Assembly: GCA_963674965.2 (NCBI GenBank)
Contig: CAXXFL010000006.1
Coordinates: forward strand, 992,001-1,056,000
DNA: 64,000 nt
Reading direction: 5' to 3'
DNA from: a bacterium
Lineage (GTDB): Bacteria > RBG-13-61-14 > DATKZS01
The position numbers and the translations under genes were made by a program. The stretch's first letter is position 1. Each line of letters begins with the position of its first letter. Shown here in pieces: positions 37,084-45,703 of this stretch. The notes beneath the pieces were generated by a model. That model was given only the letters and a program-made list of their open reading frames with translations. It did not search any database and was not told the origin of the DNA.

Positions 37084-37980
37084 CTATCCGTCGGAACCGC
37101 TCAGCATACGCTCGATCCTCTCGTCCTTCCTTTCCCAGAGGTCGTTAAGCCACGACTGGAACCCGGCCCGGTACTCCTCGTCCGAGAAGTAATCTCCCCG
37201 GAATTCATCGGTCACGGGAATTTTCTCGACGTGGACCCTGACGAGGGGGACCTCGCCCTTCAGGAAACCCCACAGCTCCCGGGCGCCCCCCGGATAGGCC
37301 ACGGTCACGTCCAGGATGGTGGAAACCTTTCCGCCCAGGGCCGCCAGCACGAAGGCCGCCCCCGCCGCCTTGGGCCGAAGGAGCCTCTTGTAGGGGGAAT
37401 TTTTCTCCGCGTGCTTTCTAGCGGAAAACCTGGTCCCCTCGACGAAGTTCATCACGGCCATGGGAATCTTCCGGAATTTCTCACAGGCCGCGCGGGTGGT
37501 TTCGAGGTCGTCGCCTTTTTTCTCGGGATGCCTTCTTAGATACTCCCTCGAGTACCTTTTCATAAAGGGCATATCCATTATCCAGCAGGCCTGTCCGATT
37601 ACGGGGACGAAAATCAGTTCCTTTTTAAGGAAAAACTTGAGGAAGGGTATCCTGTTATGAAAGACCTTGAAGAGCACGACCACGTCGGTCCAGGCCTGGT
37701 GGTTCGCGATCACCAGGTACCAGTCCTCCTTGTCGAGGTCAAGGTCGCCCGTGATCTCCCACTTAACGTCGTTGGTCAGGGCCAGGGTGATATCGTGACA
37801 GGCCACCCAGCCGTCGCCCACCATCATCCCGATCCAGCTCGCGGCCCTTTGAAACGGAGCGAGCGGTATCAGCTTCAAAGGCAACGCCAGAAGCAGAATC
37901 GAAAACCAAAGGGTAGTATAAGCGGCGAAAAACACGAACGCCGCGACGGCGCGGGGCAAGCCCCTCGGCAAGACCGTCAT
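37084..37980 (-). CDS. YihG-like lysophospholipid acyltransferase (PlsC superfamily)
   Basis: NHQAWTD, KFFLKKEL, PFMKRYS, FVEGTRF, LLRPKA, W..KD. Confidence 0.9.
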   Translation of the reverse strand: MTVLPRGLPRAVAAFVFFAAYTTLWFSILLLALPLKLIPLAPFQRAASWIGMMVGDGWVACHDITLALTNDVKWEITGDLDLDKEDWYLVIANHQAWTDVVVLFKVFHNRIPFLKFFLKKELIFVPVIGQACWIMDMPFMKRYSREYLRRHPEKKGDDLETTRAACEKFRKIPMAVMNFVEGTRFSARKHAEKNSPYKRLLRPKAAGAAFVLAALGGKVSTILDVTVAYPGGARELWGFLKGEVPLVRVHVEKIPVTDEFRGDYFSDEEYRAGFQSWLNDLWERKDERIERMLSGSDG

Positions 37981-38114
37981 CGCGATAGCCCTCCCCTTCC
38001 CTGTATTGCTCGCGCGGAAGGGCCGCCAGGTCTCGCCACGGGACGAGACGATCGGGGACTGACTCCTCGATTTCTTCGCGCGGCCCCTATTCCCCCCCGC
38101 GCCGGAGTAATGAT

Positions 38115-38143
38115 AGCATATTTAGACTGACGTGTCAGGTCAA
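38115..38143 (-). promoter_or_regulatory. Sigma70 promoter for the acyltransferase gene with a palindromic operator-like site in the spacer
   Basis: TTGACC-N17-TATGCT; CTGAC-GT-GTCAG inverted repeat at 38127-38138. Confidence 0.55.
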
Positions 38144-38265
38144 ATTTTGCCGCCCGCCGATAAAAGGGGAACACTTTCCCCCTGACCGCGCTCAAAATAA
38201 TAAATGACGAACCGTGAAGGAATAATGATCGTAAGCGAAAAGCGTGAGGCCAAGACCCTTTCGGG

Positions 38266-38293
38266 TTGCATTAAGGCTCTTTCATGGTATCAT
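38266..38293 (+). promoter_or_regulatory. Putative promoter for the ctpA operon
   Basis: TTGCAT-N16-TATCAT with an extended TG. Confidence 0.4.
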
Positions 38294-38443
38294 TTGAAGT
38301 AATCACAGCTCGCGAGGCCGCTTAAGTCTTTATGAATCTTGAGATTATTTCTCGGCGAGGGAAGCGGCCGACTGATTTGCCCGACGCGGCGGGAAGGCAT
38401 TTATCAAGGCCATTCTCGTTTCCGCCCGGGTCATGGAGGAAAA

Positions 38444-39835
38444 ATGAAAAACCATTCCAGGCTTTCCGGACGACGCTCTGCCGCGGCCCTTGGCCTCGTT
38501 TTGTTGCTCTCCTTTATTTCCGTGTTTGGCGTCGCCTGGTTTCAGAAAGCCTCGGCCGTTGCCGACGACACTTACGAGTACCTCGAGCTTTTCAATCAGG
38601 TGCTGGCGATCGTGCAAAAGGACTACGTCAAGGAGGTCAACACCAAGGAGCTTCTTTACGGGGCCATTGACGGCATGCTTGCCACCCTCGATCCTCACAG
38701 CGTTTTCATCTCGACCGAGGACTACAAGCAGATGCGGGAGGACATCTCCGGTGAGTTCGGCGGACTCGGCATCCAGATAACCGTTAAGGACGACAAACTG
38801 GTTATCATCGCGCCCATCGAGGACACGCCGGCCTGGCGTGAAGGCCTGCAGGCGGGCGACTGGATCACTCATATCGAGGGCAAGTCCACCAACGGCATGC
38901 GCATCAACGACGCGGTCCACCTGATGCGCGGCCCTATCGGCACGTCCATCACCATATCGGTTTTGCGCGAGGGCTTGGACAAGCCCAAGGACTATACCCT
39001 GGTGCGCGACGCCATTCCCATCAAGAGCGTAAAGGAATACGAGCTTATGAAGGGAGACGTCGGCTACATCCGGGTCATGACCTTCACGGAGAACACCGAA
39101 AAGGAGTCCAAGGACGCCTATAACGAGCTCGAGGCCAAGGCGGGAGGAAAACTCAAGGGCCTGGTCCTCGACCTCCGGAGCAACCCCGGCGGCCCACTCG
39201 ATCAGGCGGTGAAGCTTTCCAACATGTTCCTTTCCGAGGGCCCGGTGGTGAGCGTCAAGGGCCGCCTCGAGTCGAGCAAGCAGACCGACTACGCCAAGAA
39301 AAAGGACGCCATCTTGGACCTTCCCATGGTCGTTCTCGTGAACCAGCACTCGGCCAGCGCCTCGGAGATCGTGGCGGGGGCCCTGCAGGACCACGGCCGG
39401 GCGGTCATACTTGGCAAGCTCACTTTTGGCAAAGGCTCGGTGCAGCAGCTTCGGACCCTGAAGGACGGATCGGGTCTCAAGCTGACCACCGCTTATTACT
39501 ACACGCCCAGCGGGAGATCGATCCAGGAGAACGGCATCCAGCCGGACGTTGACGTTGACGAATTCAGTCCCGAACAAAAAGAGAAGTTGAAGGAGACGGA
39601 GGCCGACGAACGAAGGTACTTGCGGGAGCGGGATTTGGCGGGACACTTCAGCCACGCCGACGTGATCGGAGTCGAGGAAGAAGACGGGGACACGGCGGGG
39701 CCGGCTGAGGAGAATAAAAAGGGTCAGGAGTTCCTGCCGGATAAAGTCGGAGACGACACGGAGGACTACCAGCTGCAAAGGGCCCTGGACCTCCTGAGGA
39801 ACGAGCGGAACTTCCAGGCAGTTCTTAACCGCTGA
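38444..39835 (+). CDS. ctpA: Carboxy-terminal processing protease (S41A)
   Basis: LDPHS, GEFGGLGI PDZ domain, DLRSNPGG, SASASEIVAGALQD, TFGKGSVQ; start at MKNH after GGAGG. Confidence 0.95.
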   Translation: MKNHSRLSGRRSAAALGLVLLLSFISVFGVAWFQKASAVADDTYEYLELFNQVLAIVQKDYVKEVNTKELLYGAIDGMLATLDPHSVFISTEDYKQMREDISGEFGGLGIQITVKDDKLVIIAPIEDTPAWREGLQAGDWITHIEGKSTNGMRINDAVHLMRGPIGTSITISVLREGLDKPKDYTLVRDAIPIKSVKEYELMKGDVGYIRVMTFTENTEKESKDAYNELEAKAGGKLKGLVLDLRSNPGGPLDQAVKLSNMFLSEGPVVSVKGRLESSKQTDYAKKKDAILDLPMVVLVNQHSASASEIVAGALQDHGRAVILGKLTFGKGSVQQLRTLKDGSGLKLTTAYYYTPSGRSIQENGIQPDVDVDEFSPEQKEKLKETEADERRYLRERDLAGHFSHADVIGVEEEDGDTAGPAEENKKGQEFLPDKVGDDTEDYQLQRALDLLRNERNFQAVLNR

Positions 39836-39872
39836 CCGCGCGGCTTGCAAGCCGGACCTCGGATCGGCCTCG

Positions 39873-41186
39873 ATGGAAATGGCCAAATCCAGGCGTAAAA
39901 AGAAAAAGAAATCCGGGATCGGATGGATAATAGGAGTGTTCGCCTTCCTGCTCCTGTGGCTCGCGTGCATGTCGGGAGCGGCTTGGTTCTACCTGGGACC
40001 GGATAAAAAGGAACAACCCAAACAAGCGGCGAAAAGCCAGGCCGCGCCGTCCAAAGAGGAGGAGGCCAAACTCCTCGCCGCCGGGGCCAAGCTGGCCCTT
40101 TCATCCCCCCCTCTGGACTCGCTCGGAAAAGTTACGGACCTCGAGAATAAAAAGATCGGAAGCGGGTCCCTGTATTCTCTCGTCTGGATGGGCGACTCGG
40201 ACCAGGGACTGGTGCTGGCCGAAAAAGCCGTCCAGGACGCCTGGCGCGCCAAGGGAGGCGGCGTGAGGGTGGGAGTGCTCTACCCCGACCACGCGGAGGA
40301 CGGCGAGCGCGTGCGCATGGTCGCGGGCATGACGGAGATACCCGTCGTCGAGGTCCTCTTGAAAAGGAGCCACAAGCCCGAGCCGGCCCCCAAGCCACCC
40401 CCAACCACGCGCCCCGCCCCAAAGCCAAACGACTATGGCGGCAAGGACAATACAGTCGCTCCGGCCCCGGATAAAGTCCCGCCCCCCAAGCGGCCCGCCC
40501 CGCCGCGGCCGGCGGGAGGATCGAAACCAAGGATCGCCATCATCATCGACGACATCGGCAACAACATGCACGACCTGGAGGCGCTTTTAAAAATCCCCGT
40601 GAAACTGACCTTCTCCGTGCTTCCCTACGAGAGGTATACTAAAAGCGCCTGCGAAAGACTGGCCGGCGGAGGCCAGGAGATCATGCTCCACATGCCCATG
40701 CAGCCCATGAGCTATCCCGAGGCCGATCCCGGCGAGGGGGCCCTGCTCCTTACCATGAACGGCAAGCAGATCGCCGGAGCCATGGAAAGGGCCTTGAAGG
40801 CCGTGCCCATGGCCAAGGGCATGAACAACCACATGGGATCGGCCTTTACCGCCGAGCCCGAGCGTCTCGACATTGCCCTGTCCCTGCTCAAGAAAAGGGG
40901 GCTTTTCTTCGTCGACAGCAGGACGTCCTCCAGGAGCGAGGCCTATAACGTGGCCGTGAAACTCGGGCTGCCCGCGGCTTCGCGCGACGTGTTCCTGGAC
41001 CACGACCAGAACCGGGAAAGGATCGAGGGCCAGCTCGTCTCCCTGGCCGCGGCCGCGAGCGAGCGGGGCTACGCCCTGGGCATAGGCCACCCCTATCCGG
41101 AGACCATCGCCGTGTTGAGTGAAAAACTTCCTCTCCTCAAGTCTCACGGCTACGAGTTCGTCCACGCCTCGGAGTTGGTCCGATGA
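39873..41186 (+). CDS. Divergent polysaccharide deacetylase family protein (YibQ-like)
   Basis: N-terminal TM, Pro-rich linker, IAIIIDDIG, LHMPMQP, NNHMGS, FVDSRT, RDVFLD, IGHP. Confidence 0.92.
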   Translation: MEMAKSRRKKKKKSGIGWIIGVFAFLLLWLACMSGAAWFYLGPDKKEQPKQAAKSQAAPSKEEEAKLLAAGAKLALSSPPLDSLGKVTDLENKKIGSGSLYSLVWMGDSDQGLVLAEKAVQDAWRAKGGGVRVGVLYPDHAEDGERVRMVAGMTEIPVVEVLLKRSHKPEPAPKPPPTTRPAPKPNDYGGKDNTVAPAPDKVPPPKRPAPPRPAGGSKPRIAIIIDDIGNNMHDLEALLKIPVKLTFSVLPYERYTKSACERLAGGGQEIMLHMPMQPMSYPEADPGEGALLLTMNGKQIAGAMERALKAVPMAKGMNNHMGSAFTAEPERLDIALSLLKKRGLFFVDSRTSSRSEAYNVAVKLGLPAASRDVFLDHDQNRERIEGQLVSLAAAASERGYALGIGHPYPETIAVLSEKLPLLKSHGYEFVHASELVR

Positions 41187-42556
41187 GGGAGCCGCCGGGC
41201 AGGAAGATATTATCCGTTTCCCAGGTGAACGCGGAGGTGGGCAAACTCCTGGACAAGCACTTCAAGGACCTTTGGGTCAAGGGGGAACTCGGCGAGTTCA
41301 CGCGTCACTCCTCCGGCCATTGGTACTTTACGCTCAAGGACGCCAAGGGCCAGCTTCGGGCGGTGATGTTCAAGTATCAGAATTCCTTCCTTCGCTTCCG
41401 TCCCGAGGAGGGCATGGAGGTCATTTGCCGGGGCAGGGTCACGGCCTACGCTCCTCGAAGCCTCTACCAGATTAACGTCGAGTGGATGGAGCCGGTCGGG
41501 GTGGGAGCGCTTCACCTCGAGTTCGAGCGGCTTAAGGCCGACCTCGAGCAAGAAGGTCTTTTCGACCCCGCCCGCAAGAAGAAGCTTCCCGACTTGATCG
41601 GCCGCGTTGCCATCATAACCTCCATCTCGGGGGCGGCCCTGCAGGACATGCTCGAGATACTGAGGATGAAGGCCCCGGGCGTCGAGATATTGATAGTGCC
41701 CAGCGCCGTGCAGGGAGAGGGATCGGCCCGGTCCCTTGCCCGGGCCCTCGAGGAGGTTAACTCCGAGGCCATCGCTCGCCCGGCGGGTCGAAAGCCCATC
41801 CAGGCCATTATCATCGGCAGGGGCGGCGGATCGATCGAGGACCTGTGGGCCTTTAACGAGGAAGTCCTGGCCCGGGCCATCGCCGCCTCGAGCATACCCG
41901 TCATCTCGGCGGTGGGACACGAGATCGACTTCAGCATCTCCGACTTCGTTGCCGACCTGCGCGCTCCCACCCCCACGGCGGCCGCCCAGATGGTCGCCTC
42001 GGGAAGGGCCGACAACGTGGGGGCCATAAACCACGCGGCCTTCCGGCTTGCCTCCATCATCGAGCGGCGTCTCGAGGCATCCGAGCGCGACCTGCGCGGC
42101 CTGGCCATGAGGCTCAGGGACCCGTCAAGAAAAATCGACGACCACGCCATCCGGGTCGACGAGCTGTCGGCCAGGTCGGAAAAATCCATGCGCCTTATGC
42201 TCGAGGCGATCGGGGAGAAAATCGGGCGCCATTCCCAACTGCTGAGGAGCCTCGACCCCAGAAAAGTTTACGCCCTCAGAATGATGGAACTGGCCCGCCT
42301 CGACTCCCGTCTTCGCGGAGTGGGGGCAAGTAAGATCGAGCGCGCCCTCCATCGCGTGGAAAAAGCCGAGGCCGGACTCGTGGCCCTGTCTCCTCTTAAC
42401 ACCCTCTCGCGAGGATACGCCATCGCCCGAGACTCGAATGGGGCCGTGGTCCGCGACGCTCGGCACATGAAGAAGGGAGACGAACTCGAGGTGATCCTCC
42501 AAAGCGGACGACTGGACTGCGAGGTTAAAAATACCCGCCAGGGAGAAGAGCGATGA
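41183..42556 (+). CDS. xseA: Exodeoxyribonuclease VII large subunit
   Basis: SGHWYFTLKD, RGGGSIEDLWAFNEE, SAVGHEID, APTPTAAA, LSRGYA. Confidence 0.96.
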   Translation: MREPPGRKILSVSQVNAEVGKLLDKHFKDLWVKGELGEFTRHSSGHWYFTLKDAKGQLRAVMFKYQNSFLRFRPEEGMEVICRGRVTAYAPRSLYQINVEWMEPVGVGALHLEFERLKADLEQEGLFDPARKKKLPDLIGRVAIITSISGAALQDMLEILRMKAPGVEILIVPSAVQGEGSARSLARALEEVNSEAIARPAGRKPIQAIIIGRGGGSIEDLWAFNEEVLARAIAASSIPVISAVGHEIDFSISDFVADLRAPTPTAAAQMVASGRADNVGAINHAAFRLASIIERRLEASERDLRGLAMRLRDPSRKIDDHAIRVDELSARSEKSMRLMLEAIGEKIGRHSQLLRSLDPRKVYALRMMELARLDSRLRGVGASKIERALHRVEKAEAGLVALSPLNTLSRGYAIARDSNGAVVRDARHMKKGDELEVILQSGRLDCEVKNTRQGEER

Positions 42557-43647
42557 AAAAACCGGCCGAGGCCCGCCGAGCGTCGATCGTCTTCATCCTC
42601 GCGGCCATGCTTCTTTGCGCGACTTCGGTCTTGCGCGTTTCCTCGGCGAGCGAGGGCAAAGACCTTACGCCCGCTCCCGCCATCCAGGCGGGATCAAGCG
42701 CTTTGCGCGGCGACTCGGTTTCCGTCGTCCCCGGCGATTCCTCTTTTGCCGCGCCGGAGAATCCCTCTCCCGCCGAGGCCCGGTCGAATACGGTGGAGTA
42801 CCGGCAAGGCTCTCCCCTCGCCTTCGTAAAGGTCGTTCCTTACTCGGGCAAGGAATCGGACCCCCTCGAGCAGGGAGGCGCCTTCATGGTGGTCGTAACC
42901 GACGCGTCCGGACTTCTCGCCTCGGCCCGGGCCAGTTGGGACGGCCGCGTCATTCCCTGCCTTCCCGCCCGGGACACGGCCGAGTGGACGGGATACGGGG
43001 CCGCGGCCAGACTGATGGAGCCGGGTATATACGAATTGGGCCTGTCGCTCGAGACCACCATGGGCGACAGGGTCGAGACGGCGATAAAGGTCGAGGTCAA
43101 GGCCAGGGATTATCTCAAGGCCGAGCTTGCGGTCGATCCCAAATACGCGGCCGTGCCCGAGGAAAAAAAGGCCGACTACGAGGCCGACGTGGCGGCCTTC
43201 GCCTCCGCCTACGGCTCACCCCTTTTGGGCCGCATGGACGCGGGACCGTCCATCCGCCCGCTGCCGGGCAGGGTGACCTCGCCATTCGGAGTGCAAAGGC
43301 TGCTCAATAAAAAATACGAGCGCGTACATCTGGGCGTCGACCTGGCCGGGCCCGTCGGGGAGCCGATCAAGGCCATGCTCGCGGGCAGGGTGGTCCTGGC
43401 AAGGGAGGCCTACATTCATGGCGCCACCGTGATCGTGGACCATGGGGGCGGCGTCATGTCCCTTTACTGCCACCTCTCGGCTTTTAAGAAGGCCCCCGGA
43501 GATTTCGTCGAGCGAGGGGAAACGGTGGGCCTTTGCGGCGCCACGGGCAGGGTCACCGGCCCTCACCTCCACTGGGGACTGAAAATTCAAAATGAGGACG
43601 TGGACGCCCTGACCATGTTCAATCTCCAGGCCAACGCGGAAAAATAA
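42553..43647 (+). CDS. M23-family metallopeptidase
   Basis: TSPFG, HLGVD, DHGGG..SLYCHL, GATGRVTGPHLHW. Confidence 0.92.
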   Translation: MKKPAEARRASIVFILAAMLLCATSVLRVSSASEGKDLTPAPAIQAGSSALRGDSVSVVPGDSSFAAPENPSPAEARSNTVEYRQGSPLAFVKVVPYSGKESDPLEQGGAFMVVVTDASGLLASARASWDGRVIPCLPARDTAEWTGYGAAARLMEPGIYELGLSLETTMGDRVETAIKVEVKARDYLKAELAVDPKYAAVPEEKKADYEADVAAFASAYGSPLLGRMDAGPSIRPLPGRVTSPFGVQRLLNKKYERVHLGVDLAGPVGEPIKAMLAGRVVLAREAYIHGATVIVDHGGGVMSLYCHLSAFKKAPGDFVERGETVGLCGATGRVTGPHLHWGLKIQNEDVDALTMFNLQANAEK

Positions 43648-43698
43648 TGGGCGAGCTTTGGAAGAAGTTGGGGCATAGTCCAATCTTCTTTTAAAACA

Positions 43699-43728
43699 TT
43701 GACTTGAGGAGCATAGTCCGCTTATACT
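43699..43728 (+). promoter_or_regulatory. Sigma70 promoter for the cNMP-protein/pilT operon
   Basis: TTGACT-N18-TATACT. Confidence 0.6.
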
Positions 43729-43803
43729 TGAGACGAGGAGCTAACGATTGCGATCGGTTTTATTGAACGCGACATGGGCGCGGCCGAAGGCCTTTAAACG
43801 GAG

Positions 43804-44406
43804 ATGCACATGGAAATCTTAGGACTTGAAATCGAGGGTTTGCCGGGCACCGACCTGATCCAGGAGACGTTCCTTTTCAAGCCTCTCAACTTTGACGAGA
43901 CCCTCGCCCTGGCCGGACTGTGCACCGACCGAGCGGTCGGCAAGGGAGAGGTCATCATCGAGGAGGGAGAGCTGGGATCGGCCCTTTACATGGTCGAGCG
44001 GGGAAGCGTCAAAGTCGTCAAGGGCGAGGGCAAACAGGCCGAGGAACTGGCGGTCCTGGGCAAGGGCGAGCTCTTCGGGGAGATGAGCCTTATCGAGGAC
44101 GTGTTGACCTCGGCCACGGTCATGGCCAACGAGGACTCGGTCCTCCTCCTGATCACGCGGGACAAGTTCGAGAAGCTGATCGAGGAAAACAGGGAGATAG
44201 CCTTCAAGGTCTACAAGGCCTTCTGCCTCACCCTGAGCGAGCGCCTCAGAAAAACCAGCGAGGAGTTGACGAGGCTGAAACAAAAGGGGACCTCCAATCC
44301 CCCCTCCTCGCGGAAAACGTCCGCCGGGAAATGTTCGCCCCCCGTGAAAAAGAAGACGGCAAAGAAGGCGGCGGGCAAGAAGAAAGCCGTCTCGAAAAAG
44401 AAGTAA
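43804..44406 (+). CDS. Cyclic nucleotide-binding domain protein with Lys-rich tail
   Basis: GEVIIEEGE...LYMVERGSVKV...GELFGEMSL...SATV.A; no Crp HTH. Confidence 0.88.
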   Translation: MHMEILGLEIEGLPGTDLIQETFLFKPLNFDETLALAGLCTDRAVGKGEVIIEEGELGSALYMVERGSVKVVKGEGKQAEELAVLGKGELFGEMSLIEDVLTSATVMANEDSVLLLITRDKFEKLIEENREIAFKVYKAFCLTLSERLRKTSEELTRLKQKGTSNPPSSRKTSAGKCSPPVKKKTAKKAAGKKKAVSKKK

Positions 44407-44461
44407 TCGGCCGAGTTGGCCTGGCAATCTTATGACTATCAACCAAGGGAGCTGAACGGTC

Positions 44462-45538
44462 ATGGACAATAAAATATTCGATCAGCTTTTAAGCGCGGGC
44501 ATGAAAAACCACGCCTCGGACCTCCACTTTAAGGCGGGGACCCCGCCGCTTTTCCGGATCAACGGCGAGGTCCGCGAGGTCAAGGCGCCCAAGCTGCGCC
44601 CGGAGGACACCCGTGACATAGTCCTCCATCTTCTGGTCCGGGAAGACCTGAAGGCGAAAGTTGATGAACTCCAGGATTACGACACGTCCTATACCCTGGA
44701 GGGCGTGGGCAGGTTCCGGGTCAACATATTTCGCCAACGTGGTTCACTGGCGGTGGTGCTCCGCCTGATACCCCTCGAGGTCCCCGATTTCAAGCAGCTC
44801 GGCCTGCCGCCGGTCCTCGAGAACATCGCCAACAACGAGCGGGGCCTGGTCCTGGTCACGGGCGTCACCGGTTCGGGCAAGTCCTCGACCCTGGCCGCCC
44901 TCATAAACGACATCAACCATAAAAAGAGAAAGCACATCCTCACCATCGAGGACCCCATCGAGTTCGTGCACGACAACCAAAAGGGAAGCGTCACTCAGCG
45001 CGAGATCGGTATCGACACCAAAAACTTCGGGGAGGCCCTGAGGCAGGCGCTTCGGCAGGACCCCGACGTGATCCTTGTTGGCGAGATGCGCGACTACGAG
45101 ACCGTGGACATCGCTCTCAAGGCCGCGGAGACGGGGCACTTCGTGTTCTCCACCGTGCATACGACCGACGCGGCCAAGACCGTGAACCGTCTTATCGGCG
45201 TTTTTCCCGCGGACGAACAGGACCTCGTCAGGCTTCGGCTGGCCGAGAGCCTGAAGGGCATTATCTCCCAGCGTCTTCTTCCCAGGAAGGACGGCAAGGG
45301 AAGGTGCCTGGCGGTGGAGATTCTCGTCAACACGCTCTCGATCTCGGAGTGCATCAAGGACTCGGAAAAAACCCATCAGATACCGGAGTTTATCGAGAAA
45401 GGCTCCGACCAGTACGGCATGCAGACCTTCGACATGAGCCTCATCAAGCTTTACAAATCCGGGGTCATTTCACTGGAGGTCGCCACCAGCGCCGCCTCGA
45501 ACCCGGCCGATTTCCAGAGGACCCTCTATATCGAGTAG
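44462..45538 (+). CDS. pilT: PilT/PilU-family type IV pilus retraction ATPase
   Basis: ASDLH, GVTGSGKSST, TIEDPIE, RQDPDVILVGEMRD, AETGH..STVHT, GMQTFD. Confidence 0.92.
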   Translation: MDNKIFDQLLSAGMKNHASDLHFKAGTPPLFRINGEVREVKAPKLRPEDTRDIVLHLLVREDLKAKVDELQDYDTSYTLEGVGRFRVNIFRQRGSLAVVLRLIPLEVPDFKQLGLPPVLENIANNERGLVLVTGVTGSGKSSTLAALINDINHKKRKHILTIEDPIEFVHDNQKGSVTQREIGIDTKNFGEALRQALRQDPDVILVGEMRDYETVDIALKAAETGHFVFSTVHTTDAAKTVNRLIGVFPADEQDLVRLRLAESLKGIISQRLLPRKDGKGRCLAVEILVNTLSISECIKDSEKTHQIPEFIEKGSDQYGMQTFDMSLIKLYKSGVISLEVATSAASNPADFQRTLYIE

Positions 45539-45619
45539 TGACCGGGCAAAAGGACGGCGCCCGGCGTCCGCAAACCGGCCTCGTCATGGGTCTTTGGCGT
45601 TCGCGCTATATTGACGTTA

Positions 45620-45648
45620 TTGCGCGAGCCTAGGGCGGGTGATATACT
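45620..45648 (+). promoter_or_regulatory. Sigma70 promoter
   Basis: TTGCGC-N17-TATACT with an extended TG. Confidence 0.5.
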
Positions 45649-45703
45649 TTTATCTTACTGAAGGAAATATCTCGCTCCAGGGGGGGCGATTTTTAAGGAT
45701 ACC

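Noticed and set aside
38010-38085. tRNA, tRNA-Sec or SRP RNA in the multi-stem structure
   Set aside because: No TTCGA T-loop, no CCA end and no SRP GGAA/AGCAG core; kept only as a candidate leader structure
42553-43700. Absence of xseB next to xseA
   Set aside because: xseA and xseB are often unlinked, so this is not informative
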